Positions 51,254-62,100 of a stretch of DNA of 64,000 nt are shown here, one piece after another. Source of the stretch: an uncultured Bacteroidota bacterium (GTDB lineage: Bacteria; Bacteroidota; Ignavibacteria; Kryptoniales; JAKASW01). Position 1 is the stretch's first letter. Every line of letters starts with the position of its first letter. The position numbers and the translations under genes were made by a program. The stretch spans positions 113,676 to 177,675 of the forward strand of contig CAWEES010000002.1 of NCBI GenBank assembly GCA_963808245.1, written 5' to 3'. Under the pieces are notes generated by a model. The model made no database searches, was not told where the DNA came from, and was given only the letters and a program-made list of their open reading frames with translations.

Positions 51254-52448
51254 AAAGATTCTGAAAACTATGGGGATTTTACTTGCCGCCGTCATCCTCA
51301 GTTCGATTGCCAACGACCTCCTGACATATCGAATCGAAAGGGAAGCAGGAATAAATTTCGGCAAGTACCACGAATATTCAGGAGTGATACACATACATTC
51401 AACTTATTCCGACGGCAGCGGGACTTATGCGCAAATCGGAAAAATATGTGATTCACTCGGACTCGATTTCGCGATCATAACCGACCACAACACTGTGCAG
51501 CCACTGAAGGACAGCCTTGCAAACCGCTTTGGTGTTACACTTATCGTCCCCGCCGTGGAGATTTCCACTGACGGTGAACATGGGCATTTTCTCGTAGTAG
51601 GCGACAGCATTCCTCTGGTTCCGCGCAACGGTGTTACTTCCGATTCCGTGTTCCACGATGCACTCCATAAGAAGAGTATCGTGATACTCGCACATGTCTT
51701 TCATCCCCGGAGCACACTTGATTGGGACAACTGGAACATAGGGAATTTTACAGGCATCGAATTGTATAATTTCGATGAAGGTTGGAGAAATACTTTAAAC
51801 TTTTTCAGGATTAACAAATTGATCGGGGTATATCTTGCCTATAAACTTCAACCGGATCCTTTAAACTACGTATTAAGCTATCCAGAAAAAGAAATAAAAA
51901 AGTTTGACGAACTGAACATGAACCGAAAGGTCATCGGCATCGGTTCATTGGATGCTCACGCGAACATAAAACTGGGAAAAAGTGGAAGCTGGCATTTCCC
52001 ATCCTATCAGAGTTTATTTAACCTTGTCCATACGGTGATAGTTACAAGAGAACCCTTCAACGGAACTTATCGCCACGACAGGACATTATTGTTGAACGCA
52101 GTTCGAAACGGAAACATGTTTGTCGCTTTTTCCGGGCTCGAGCAGGCGCGAGGTTTTTTGTTTACCGCGAATTCTGATACAAACGAAGTAATAATGGGAG
52201 ACAGCTTAAAAGTTGAGACTTCAGCAACCCTTCACGTTGAGATGCCGGACAGCGACGATGTTGAAACGCAGGTTGTTTGGAACGGACAAGTAATTGCTTC
52301 CTACGACAACGCGAGCTCAATTAATCTTCCTGTGGTTCATCCCGGAGAATATCGTATCCAAGCATTCCAGAAAAGGACCATGCTGCCGCTTTTTATAAAG
52401 CGATCATTCCCATGGATATTGTCGGATCCTATTTATATCTATCGCTAA
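51246..52448 (+). CDS. membrane-anchored PHP-family (CehA/McbA-like) metallophosphoesterase
   Basis: N-terminal anchor MLKKILKTMGILLAAVILSS. PHP metal motifs GVIHIHSTYSDG, FAIITDHN, EISTDGEHGHF, ILAHVFHP and SLDAHAN. Function unknown. Confidence 0.6.
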   Translation: MLKKILKTMGILLAAVILSSIANDLLTYRIEREAGINFGKYHEYSGVIHIHSTYSDGSGTYAQIGKICDSLGLDFAIITDHNTVQPLKDSLANRFGVTLIVPAVEISTDGEHGHFLVVGDSIPLVPRNGVTSDSVFHDALHKKSIVILAHVFHPRSTLDWDNWNIGNFTGIELYNFDEGWRNTLNFFRINKLIGVYLAYKLQPDPLNYVLSYPEKEIKKFDELNMNRKVIGIGSLDAHANIKLGKSGSWHFPSYQSLFNLVHTVIVTREPFNGTYRHDRTLLLNAVRNGNMFVAFSGLEQARGFLFTANSDTNEVIMGDSLKVETSATLHVEMPDSDDVETQVVWNGQVIASYDNASSINLPVVHPGEYRIQAFQKRTMLPLFIKRSFPWILSDPIYIYR

Positions 52449-52451
52449 CCT

Positions 52452-54092
52452 ATGATGAAGATAATAAAAGGAATTGCTGACCCATCACTTATCCTGCCGG
52501 TTTTTTCCGGTCTGCTTCTTGGCTTTTCTTTTCCTCCTTTTCACTTCGGTTCGCTCGCATTTGTCGGATTCGTCCCCCTCATTTTTGCCGTGGACAAGGC
52601 ACAAAATTACCGCGAAGTCCTCAAGCTTTCTTACTTTGCTTTCCTGATTTTCAATATCGTAGCAATCTACTGGATCGGCGGATGGACAAAAGAGACCGAT
52701 CCGTTCTTGATGATCAGCGGGGTCGCGCTTGTCATTTGCCATCCGTTTTTCTTTACCATTCCAATGCTGTTGTATCACTTTGTTCGCAAAAGATTTGGAA
52801 TGATCTCGGTCTTCCTTTTTCCTTTTCTTTACCTTTCGTTCGAGCATTTGCACTCAATGACTGAAGTTGCATTTCCCTGGCTCACTGTCGGTTATTCGCA
52901 AGTATACAACCTTGCTGATATTCAGTTCATATCTTTCACCGGACTTTTCGGTCTATCCCTCCAAATCCTTTTTGTGAATTCTTTTATTTATTACGCTTTA
53001 ATTCTTTGGATGTCCGATCGAATATCTTCGGGAGAAAATCGCCGGACAAACCGAATATTGATCGCGGGATTGCTGATTGCAGCAATAGCGTTGATAATTT
53101 TGCCCGAAGTTTATGGCGACATTGTACTTCAATCCACAGGTAAGAATCAATATTCAAGGCAATTGAAGGTCGCAATTATTCAGCCCAACATCGATCCTTA
53201 CGAAAAATGGAACGGCAATCAAAATAGAATCATGGATATTTATAAGCAGGAGACGTACAAATTGGAAAGCAATAAACCTGATCTTGTCGTCTGGCCTGAA
53301 ACCGCAATTCCATTTTACATTCTCTTGCCCCAGCTTTCATTTTACAGATATTCACTTCAGACATTCTTAGACAGCACCAATACAACGTTGCTTAGCGGCG
53401 TCCCTCTAGCCCATTATTATTCTGACAGCGACAGCGCAAAACCAAGCAGTCACTACGACGAATATCTGCATAAATACTACGATGCGTATAATGGGGCTGC
53501 TCTATTCGAACCTAATACCAACGTGTATCAAACTTATGGGAAGATTCTTCTCGTTCCATTCGGCGAGCGAATCCCTTATGCGGATGCTGTACCCTTCCTA
53601 ATTAAGTCTCTCAATTGGGGAGTCGGCATCAGCAACTGGGCACTCGGAAGAGATACGACCATATTCAGGCTCAGAAATGGGATAAACTTTTCAACGGTAA
53701 TCTGCTACGAAAGTATTTTCCCGGACTATGTAAGGAGATTTGTAAAGAAGGGGGCAAGCTTCCTGGTGATTATTACCAACGACGGTTGGTATGGTAAATC
53801 CTCCGGCCCGTACCAGCACGCTGCATACGCCGTCCTTCGCGCCGTAGAGAATCGAAGGTCTGTCGTACGCGCTGCAAACACAGGGATATCCGAATTTATT
53901 GATCCTTACGGGAGAATCATCGGTAGACAGACTAAGCTCGATGAAATGACCACTCTTGCCGCTGAAATACCGATTTCTAATCAGTTTACATTTTACACCG
54001 AACACGGAGACTGGATAGCAAATATTTGCGAAGTTATTTCTGCAGGCCTAATTCTTATCGGACTTTTTCTTAAATTTAAAAAGAAAAACTAA
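52452..54092 (+). CDS. lnt: apolipoprotein N-acyltransferase
   Basis: Multi-TM N-terminal region plus a CN-hydrolase domain: VVWPETA (Glu), LVPFGERIPY (Lys region), ICYESIFP (Cys). Confidence 0.85.
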   Translation: MMKIIKGIADPSLILPVFSGLLLGFSFPPFHFGSLAFVGFVPLIFAVDKAQNYREVLKLSYFAFLIFNIVAIYWIGGWTKETDPFLMISGVALVICHPFFFTIPMLLYHFVRKRFGMISVFLFPFLYLSFEHLHSMTEVAFPWLTVGYSQVYNLADIQFISFTGLFGLSLQILFVNSFIYYALILWMSDRISSGENRRTNRILIAGLLIAAIALIILPEVYGDIVLQSTGKNQYSRQLKVAIIQPNIDPYEKWNGNQNRIMDIYKQETYKLESNKPDLVVWPETAIPFYILLPQLSFYRYSLQTFLDSTNTTLLSGVPLAHYYSDSDSAKPSSHYDEYLHKYYDAYNGAALFEPNTNVYQTYGKILLVPFGERIPYADAVPFLIKSLNWGVGISNWALGRDTTIFRLRNGINFSTVICYESIFPDYVRRFVKKGASFLVIITNDGWYGKSSGPYQHAAYAVLRAVENRRSVVRAANTGISEFIDPYGRIIGRQTKLDEMTTLAAEIPISNQFTFYTEHGDWIANICEVISAGLILIGLFLKFKKKN

Positions 54093-54118
54093 GGAGATGT
54101 GTTACGAAATACATTGAT

Positions 54119-55135
54119 TTGAGAAGTGACACTGTCACCAGGCCAAGCGAGGCAATGCGCAAAGCGATGGCGAATGCTGAAGTTGGCGACGATGTGTTTG
54201 GAGAAGATCCGACAGTAAACCGACTACAAGAAAAGGTCGCAGAACTTCTTAATAAAGAAGCGGCGTTATATGTGCCGAGCGGCACAATGTCTAACCAGCT
54301 TGCACTGAAGACCCATACAAACCCGGGAGATGAAGTAATTGTCGAAAGAGAATCACACATTTTCAACTACGAGTCCGCGGCGCCATCTTTGTTGTCAGGA
54401 ATTCAACTGAATCCTGTCCCTGGTGTCCGGGGTCTGATGACAGCGAATGCGGTGGAAGAAGCGATCAGGCCTGACGTTTATTACATGATGCCGACAAAAC
54501 TAGTTTGTGTGGAAAATACTCACAACCGCGGCGGTGGAAGTATTTATCCGATGAAGTTGATCGGTGAAATAAAAAGTGTCGTCACACAATACAAGTTAAA
54601 AAGCCATCTCGATGGCGCCAGGTTATGGAACGCGTCAGTCGCGACCGGAATAAAAGTTTCCGATTATGCCTCGCCTTTTGATTCAGTTTCCGTGTGTCTT
54701 TCTAAAGGCTTAGGTGCACCAGTTGGCTCGGTCCTGACAGGAACAAAAGAATACATAAACAGGGCACATAGGTTCCGGAAAATATTTGGCGGAGGTATGC
54801 GGCAAGCTGGAGTACTTGCGGCCGCAGGTTTATATGCGCTCGAACATAATATACAGCGGCTTGCCGAGGACCACGAGAAGGCAAAGGTATTTGCAAAAAT
54901 ACTTGGTGAATCACCGCTCTTCGATGTAAACCTCGATCATGTTGAGACAAACATAATTATCTTCGGTATCAAGCCGCCAATGTTGGTAAACAAATTCATC
55001 TCCGACATGAAATCGTTTGGTGTATTATTGTCGGCAGGAAGCGTAGGGAAGATACGTGCTGTGACCCATCTTGATGTCTCAATGGGAGATGTAAAGATAG
55101 CAGCGGAAGCCTTGGCAAAGTACCGTCCCGATTGA
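54119..55135 (+). CDS. ltaE: low-specificity L-threonine aldolase
   Basis: (ID)LRSDTVTRPSEAMRKAM, GDDVFGEDPTVN, PSGTMSNQLAL, ENTHNRGGG, HLDGARLWNA, and the PLP Lys context CLSKGLGAPVGS. The start is uncertain: the conserved KYID residues lie in frame just upstream of the TTG (details in findings). Confidence 0.8.
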   Translation: MRSDTVTRPSEAMRKAMANAEVGDDVFGEDPTVNRLQEKVAELLNKEAALYVPSGTMSNQLALKTHTNPGDEVIVERESHIFNYESAAPSLLSGIQLNPVPGVRGLMTANAVEEAIRPDVYYMMPTKLVCVENTHNRGGGSIYPMKLIGEIKSVVTQYKLKSHLDGARLWNASVATGIKVSDYASPFDSVSVCLSKGLGAPVGSVLTGTKEYINRAHRFRKIFGGGMRQAGVLAAAGLYALEHNIQRLAEDHEKAKVFAKILGESPLFDVNLDHVETNIIIFGIKPPMLVNKFISDMKSFGVLLSAGSVGKIRAVTHLDVSMGDVKIAAEALAKYRPD

Positions 55136-55180
55136 GAATAACCGATTCACATTAAAACGATCATGATGGAGTTAAGATAA

Positions 55181-56683
55181 ATGTCGCCGGTGAATGGCGA
55201 GCAATTGCCTAACCAATCCGAACTAGAGAGTGCAAAATCTGCGGGGTTCACTCATTATCCTATCATAATGGAGATCATGGAGGACGTTCTCACTCCGGTC
55301 GGACTCTATCTTCGATTGCGACGCTTTGGAAACAATAGTTTTCTCCTCGAGAGCGCCGAAGGAGGAGAGAACATCGGTCGGTATTCATTCATGGGTATAA
55401 ATCCATTTGCGACATTCATAGTCAAAGACGGTGCGGTGACTAAAATAGTCGGCGACAAGAGATTAGTGACAAAAGCCGCGCCGATTTCAGAACTCAAACT
55501 TTTCTTTTCTGCGTTTAAAATTTTTCCTGTCGCAAACCTTCCTCGATTTTCAGCAGGAGCTGTCGGGTATTTCGGATACGACTTCGTAAAATACCTGGAA
55601 GCAATCAGGATAAATGAGTCAAAAAACTCTCTACCCGAAGTATTTCTAAACTTTTATGATACAATCCTTGCTGTCGATAACTTAAAAAGAAAAGTCCTCC
55701 TGGTTTCTTTAGTTCCGTTAACAGACAATTCGACTTCTTTATCACAGGCTCTTGAAAACCGCTTAAATTATTTGAGGAAAATCGTGAGTTTTCTGGAGAC
55801 AAGCGGTGAGGTGAATGAAGTAAAATACTGTGAGGTTGGAGAGGCGAAGTTCAATGTCACCAAAGAACATTACAAGAAAGTTGTCGAGAGGGCAAAGCAA
55901 TACATCATTGAAGGTGACATTTTCCAGGTCGTCCTATCACAGCGAGCCGAATTTGATCTAAAAGGCGATCCATTCTTGCTCTACCGCGGCGTTCGCGCGT
56001 TGAATCCTTCTCCTTATATGTTTTATCTGGAATCGATTCAAAGCGAAAAAAGGATGGCCATTATCGGGTCATCCCCTGAAATGTTTGTCAGAAAGGAAGG
56101 GGAAAAGATTGAGATGAGGCCCATCGCCGGGACAAGCCCTCGCGGTTCTGATATTCTTGAAGACGAAGATTTGACCCGGAGATTACTATCCGACGAAAAA
56201 GAAAAGGCCGAGCATGTTATGCTAGTCGATCTCGGGAGGAACGATATCGGCAGAGTGGCTTCGACTGGAAGCGTCCATGTAAATAATTTCATGCACGTCG
56301 AGAAATTTTCGCACGTGATGCACATTGTATCGGATGTCGTCGGAAAAATCGATGAGAAACGGGATGCGATAGAGACACTCGCTGCTTGCTTCCCTGCGGG
56401 AACGCTCAGCGGGGCGCCGAAAGTCCGAGCGATGGAAATAATTTCGGAATTGGAGATCACAGGCCGACAGGTTTACGGCGGTGCTGTCGGGTACATAGAT
56501 TTTAATAACAACATGGATACCTGCATCGCAATACGCACCTTCATTGTTGACGGCGACAAAGCATACCTCCAGGCCGGAGCAGGAATCGTTTATGATTCCG
56601 ACCCTGAAAGGGAATATAACGAAACGATAAACAAGATGAAGGCAAACCTAGAAGCACTCAAACTCCTGGGAAGTTTCCGATGA
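55181..56683 (+). CDS. trpE: anthranilate synthase component I
   Basis: Trp-feedback motif LLES-X10-S ([16 protein letters not shown]). Chorismate-binding C-terminus: [44 protein letters not shown]. Confidence 0.9.
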   Translation: MSPVNGEQLPNQSELESAKSAGFTHYPIIMEIMEDVLTPVGLYLRLRRFGNNSFLLESAEGGENIGRYSFMGINPFATFIVKDGAVTKIVGDKRLVTKAAPISELKLFFSAFKIFPVANLPRFSAGAVGYFGYDFVKYLEAIRINESKNSLPEVFLNFYDTILAVDNLKRKVLLVSLVPLTDNSTSLSQALENRLNYLRKIVSFLETSGEVNEVKYCEVGEAKFNVTKEHYKKVVERAKQYIIEGDIFQVVLSQRAEFDLKGDPFLLYRGVRALNPSPYMFYLESIQSEKRMAIIGSSPEMFVRKEGEKIEMRPIAGTSPRGSDILEDEDLTRRLLSDEKEKAEHVMLVDLGRNDIGRVASTGSVHVNNFMHVEKFSHVMHIVSDVVGKIDEKRDAIETLAACFPAGTLSGAPKVRAMEIISELEITGRQVYGGAVGYIDFNNNMDTCIAIRTFIVDGDKAYLQAGAGIVYDSDPEREYNETINKMKANLEALKLLGSFR

Positions 56684-57250
56684 TCCTTCTAATAGATAAT
56701 TATGATTCTTTCACGTACAACCTGTACCAATATATTAGCGAGCTTGGTGCTGAAGTTTTCGTGGTACGGAACGACAAAATTACTTTGGAAGAAATCCACG
56801 ATAAGAACCCGGAAGCAATCGTAATATCGCCGGGTCCCAAAACCCCCGGCGAAGCCGGGGATCTCGGAAGATGTCATAAGGGAATTTCATAAAACACTCC
56901 CCATTTTCGGCGTTTGCCTCGGCCATCAGGCGATAGGAGAGGTCTTCGGCGGAAAGGTTGTCAAAGCGCCCCTTCCGATGCATGGAAAGACTTCACAGAT
57001 AATTCATAACGGCAGATCAATTTTCCATTCTATGGAGATCCCATTCGCTGCCACCAGATATCATTCGTTGATCGTATCGAGAGAAAACCTTCCTGATCAA
57101 CTCGAAGTGATCGCGTGGACCGAGGACAATTTGGTCATGGGATTGAAGCATAGGGATTACCCAACGATCGGCGTCCAGTTCCATCCTGAATCAATAATGA
57201 CGGAAAATGGAAAAACACTCTTACAAAATTTTATAAACGGAAGAATCTAA
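56680..57250 (+). pseudogene. trpG: anthranilate synthase component II (glutamine amidotransferase) interrupted by a +1 frameshift in a G4 run
   Basis: The 5' part (56680-56860) reads [15 protein letters not shown]...[12 protein letters not shown]. The homology continues in the +1 frame from 56861: [47 protein letters not shown]...RYHSL...GVQFHPES. The break is the GGGG at 56857-56860, and the original frame stops at 56890-56892. The start overlaps the trpE stop (ATGA). Confidence 0.8.
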
Positions 57251-57252
57251 TA

Positions 57253-57957
57253 ATGAGCATAACACTAAATCATAACCATGAAAACGACCGGATGGCGATT
57301 TTAGAAGCCCGCCAGAGAGATGTTTGGAGAATATTCAAAATAATGTCTGAGTTTGTCGACGGCTTTGATCTCCTGAGCAGAGCTTCTCCCGCAGTTTCGA
57401 TATTTGGATCGGCACGAATGAAAGAGGGGAGTAAATATTATGAGCTGACGCGACGAGTAGCATTTGAACTCGCCAGAACCGGATATGCGATTGTGAGCGG
57501 TGGCGGAGGTGGGCTCATGGAAGCCGCTAATCGAGGAGCAAAGGAGGCGGGCGGCGAATCCATCGGACTAAACATTTCGCTGCCGTTCGAACAAAAGTCA
57601 AATGAATATATAGATTCCGACAAACTGATGACGTTCAGCCATTTCTTTGTCAGGAAGGTCATGTTCGTAAAGTATGCACAGGGGTTTGTAGTTATGCCTG
57701 GTGGTTACGGGACAATAGATGAATTTTCCGAGGCAATCACTCTTATCCAGACAAAAAAGACAATGGAATTTCCTGTTATTCTTATGGGGGAAAGTTACTG
57801 GAAAACATTATTGGAATGGATGAAAGAAACTGCGGTTGCAGAGGGATGTATATCGGAGAATGACCTGGATATTTTTCACGTCTGCGACGAACCGGATGAA
57901 GTGGTACAGATTATTAAAGACTTTGGGATACACCATGGCTATGTCACGAACTTCTAA
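57253..57957 (+). CDS. LOG-family / TIGR00730 Rossmann-fold nucleotide-binding protein (cytokinin riboside 5'-monophosphate phosphoribohydrolase-like)
   Basis: VSIFGSAR, GGGGGLMEAANRGA and PGGYGTIDE motifs. Confidence 0.8.
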   Translation: MSITLNHNHENDRMAILEARQRDVWRIFKIMSEFVDGFDLLSRASPAVSIFGSARMKEGSKYYELTRRVAFELARTGYAIVSGGGGGLMEAANRGAKEAGGESIGLNISLPFEQKSNEYIDSDKLMTFSHFFVRKVMFVKYAQGFVVMPGGYGTIDEFSEAITLIQTKKTMEFPVILMGESYWKTLLEWMKETAVAEGCISENDLDIFHVCDEPDEVVQIIKDFGIHHGYVTNF

Positions 57958-59101
57958 TAAATTCTTTTCTGTTCTCTTTGCAACTCATACTCTTTCAATT
58001 GTACTATTAGTTGTTGATCTCATTTCTTGTCGCTTATGTTTCAGCCAAACGCAGCTTAATGGCAGAGTTCAGGACGCTAGCCGTCTTTCAATGTATCGAA
58101 TCCCCGATTCGTTAAATTTTTGCGGAGAGCGAATGCCGCTGGAAATTCCTGATGTCAGGGAAAGGATGGAGCAGGCTTTCTATTTGGAATTATCCGACGC
58201 TCAAATAATTCTCGATCTCAAACGAAGTACGAGATATTTCCCTTACATTGAGCAGAAGTTACGGGATATGAACCTCCCGTTGGATCTGGAATACCTCGCG
58301 GTCGCTGAAAGCGCGCTTCGGAATGTAGTTTCTAGCAAAAACGCCTCCGGAATTTGGCAATTCACTGATGACACGGCGAGACGTTATGGATTAAAAGTGA
58401 ACGAGTACGTTGATGAGAGGTTTAATTTCCATAAGGAAACGGATGCAGCACTGAAGTGTTTGACCGATTTGCATTCCGCACTAGGGACTTGGTCCCTTGC
58501 TGCGGCAGCGTATAACATGGGGTCCGGCGGAGTAAAAGCAAGCTTAGATTACCAGATGGTAAATAATTACTACAGTCTCTATTTAAATGACGAAACATTC
58601 AGATTTGTTTTCAGAATAGTCGCATCGAAACAGATCATGGCACATTACCGGATGTACGGTTTTAATTTATCTCCCCAAGATTTCTATGCGCCTTATGAAA
58701 CGAGACTCATGGTTGTCGCGCAAATCCCTGACATCGCAACCTGGGCAAGAAAACAGGGATCGAGTTATAAGGAAGTAAAGTATTTGAACCCCTGGCTAAT
58801 AGGCCGTAGCTTGCCAGCCGGAACATGGGCAATAGAACTTCCCAAATATTCCCAGCCTGTTGTCTTTACTTCCTCCTCGCCTGTTATTGATTCGACGTTA
58901 GAAAGAGGCGATACCATTGGACAGGGAAGCGGAGGCGTAACGTACGTTGTAAAGCGAGGAGATACCCTGGATAGAATAGCCGTGATTTACGGAGTCTCCG
59001 TAAAGAATCTGGCCAATTGGAACAATCTCAGGGACCAAAGTCATCTGTTTGTCGGTGAAAAGTTGAAAATCATAATCGGAAGTATAGAACCGGACCAGTA
59101 G
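57935..59101 (+). CDS. lytic murein transglycosylase (SLT domain) with C-terminal LysM
   Basis: SLT catalytic context AVAESALR...SKNASGIWQF and AAAYNMG. C-terminal LysM: YVVKRGDTLDRIAVIYGVSVKNLANWNNL. I chose the ATG at 57935 or 57941, before the hydrophobic anchor; the track start at 57836 lies inside the LOG gene. Confidence 0.75.
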   Translation: MAMSRTSNKFFSVLFATHTLSIVLLVVDLISCRLCFSQTQLNGRVQDASRLSMYRIPDSLNFCGERMPLEIPDVRERMEQAFYLELSDAQIILDLKRSTRYFPYIEQKLRDMNLPLDLEYLAVAESALRNVVSSKNASGIWQFTDDTARRYGLKVNEYVDERFNFHKETDAALKCLTDLHSALGTWSLAAAAYNMGSGGVKASLDYQMVNNYYSLYLNDETFRFVFRIVASKQIMAHYRMYGFNLSPQDFYAPYETRLMVVAQIPDIATWARKQGSSYKEVKYLNPWLIGRSLPAGTWAIELPKYSQPVVFTSSSPVIDSTLERGDTIGQGSGGVTYVVKRGDTLDRIAVIYGVSVKNLANWNNLRDQSHLFVGEKLKIIIGSIEPDQ

Positions 59102-59182
59102 AACAATTTCCTGTAAAGAGACTTCTCAGCCAAGTCTTCTCAAAAAATGAATTGATTGCTAATTTTCACAAGGAGGTGTGAA

Positions 59183-62100
59183 ATGAAATACAATCTGTTA
59201 CGTCATGCTATGTATCAGCAGGACGCTTCTTTAATTTTCCTTTTCGTTATCTGTTTTGGGGTAGTAAATATTTTTTCAACAAATTGTGCCTTCGCACAGG
59301 ACTCTGTAAAAGATACTACCGACTTACTGCAGAACATTCCATTTAGAAATATCGGGCCAGCTGCGGCGGGTGGAAGAGTAAGTGCCGTTGTCGGAGTACC
59401 CGGTAAACCGAATATTTACTATGTCGGCGCAGCGGGAGGCGGCGTATTTAAAACCATTGACGGCGGAATATCATGGAAAGCCGTATTCGAGAAGGAACCT
59501 TCATTATCCATCGGAGCAATTGCAATCGCTCCTTCAAATCCGAATTTTATTTGGGTCGGAACGGGCGAGGCAAATTTAAGGAATGACATAATCACTGGAA
59601 AGGGAGTTTATTTTTCTCCGGACGCGGGGAAGTCGTGGCAGGAAATGGGATTAAAAGACGCCGGGCAAATTTCTCGCATTGTCATCGATCCTTCCAATCC
59701 GGACAATGTGTTCGTCGCCGCAATTGGGCACGCATGGGCACCGAATTCGGAAAGAGGGATATTTCGTACGACAGATGCTGGCAAAACATGGCAGAAAGTC
59801 TTATATGTGAACGATACAACCGGAGCTTCTGATTTAATTTTCGAACCCGATAACCCTAAAGTTCTCTTTGCAGCTCTATGGCAGGTTCAGAGGCACCCCT
59901 GGGCGCTTGATGACGGTGGAGACGGAGGTGGACTTCATCGCTCTACAGATGGTGGTACAACCTGGACAAAATTAACGGAAGGACTCCCGAAGAGACCACT
60001 CGGGAGAATTGCCCTGGCGGCAGCTCCGAGCGACCCCAATCACATTTACGCTCTGATTGAGACAAAGAATGGTTTGCTGTGGGATTCCGATGACCTCGGG
60101 GATCATTGGAAGATGGTTAGTAATAATCATGCACTCGATGTCCGTCCATTTTACTTCTCAAGGTTTATCGTGTCACCCGACAATGAAGACAAACTTTACT
60201 TCCTTTCTTTCATTATTTCTAAATCAACCGACGGCGGAAAAACTGCAAAAAGCATAAACGGAGAAGTTCACGTAGACCAGCATGATATCTGGATCGATCC
60301 ACAGAATCCCGACAGAATTATATTGGGAAATGACGGCGGCGTATATCTTTCATTGGATGGCGGAGATTCATGGCGGTTTCTAAACAATCTTCCCATCGAA
60401 CAGTTTTATCAAGTTGCCTCCGACAGCAGTAATCCGTATAACCTCGGTGGCGGATTGCAGGACAATAATGCCTGGTACGGGACTTCTCATAATCTTGACG
60501 GAAGAGCGATTACCGGACAGAACTGGTTTATCGTAGCAGGCGGCGACGGCGAATATGTCGTTCCTGCTCCAAGCAATCCAAACATAGTGTACGCCGAATC
60601 ACAAAACGGGTGGTTATCGAGGATTGATCTAAGAACAGGCATTTCAAAAGACATCAGGCCTTATCTCTATGATGCACCCGACATGCCGCCTTCTAAATTG
60701 AAGTACAGATTCAATTGGACAACCCCGATTGCAGTTGCTGCAAGTAACGAAAATGAGGTTTGTCTCGGCGCAAACGTTCTATTCAAAACCATGGATGGTG
60801 GAACACATTGGGAAGTTATCAGCCCAGACCTGACTCGAAATGATAAGTCCAAACAAATACCGAGCGGCGGCAAGGTCGAACTCGACATGAGCGGCGCGGA
60901 GAATTTTGATACAATACTTTCGATTGCAATCTCACCATTGGATTCAAACATAATCTGGATCGGCACCGATGACGGCCTTGTTCAGGTAACTCTTGACGGC
61001 GGTAAAACATGGGACAATGTCACGAAAAACATTCCTCAATTACCCGAGTGGGGAAGAATTTACCAGGTCGAACCCTCGCCATTCGACAAAGGCGGTTGTT
61101 GTATAACTGTCGATTTCCATGAATTAGATGACAATAGACCCTATGTTTTTGAAACAGACAATTTCGGTAAATCATGGACTTCAATTTCAAAAGGACTTCC
61201 TGATGGATATCCGGCACATGTCATACGCGAGGATCCTAACAAGAGAGGTTTACTTATCGTTGGGACCGACCACGGTCTTTATTATTCAAAAGATAATGGA
61301 ACTGGATGGCGGGACCTCAAGAGTAATTTCCCGACTGTTTGCGTGTACGATCTTAAGTTCGTGAAGCAGTCCCACGATTTTGTAGTGGCAACACACGGTC
61401 GCGGTATTTTTGTTCTCGATAACATAACGCCGCTCGAAGAGTTCGACAACAATATGGATCACGACAAGTTTCGACTTTTTACTGCGTTACCCGCATACAT
61501 GTTTCATAGGTGGGACAAGGATGGATTTAACGACCTCAGCACTTACTCAGCGCCAAATCCGCCTGCAGGAGCGATGATAGATTATTATTTGAAGGACACG
61601 ATTAGTATAACGCCAAAAGAAACCAAAGGACATGAAACTCCTGTAAAGGTTGAGATATCTTCTTCAGCTGAAAAACATGTGGCTACTCTTTATGGCACAG
61701 CTCACAAAGGATTCAATAGATACGTTTGGAATTTGCGTTATCAAAGCCCCGCACCATTAAGGTTGGACGATAGAGAAACAGAACGAGCGAATCCATTTAC
61801 ATCCAATGGACCGTTGGTTGTTCCCGGCGTTTACAAGATTCGCGTTACTGTCGATGGAATGACCGACACAACACAGGTTGAAGTTAAACCGGACCCGCGG
61901 TTTGAAACACCTTTAGATTTCTTTGCTTCAAATACCGATAACGGATTGAAAGCCAGAAATGAGATGTCAACCTTGAATGAAATGCTAAATAGGATCCAAA
62001 ATATTCAGTCCCAAATCGCGACGATAAGAAAATCGGTTGCCACGGATGAAAATGGGATGAAGTCAGGAAAATACAAAGCGGTTCTAGATCAACTCGATTC

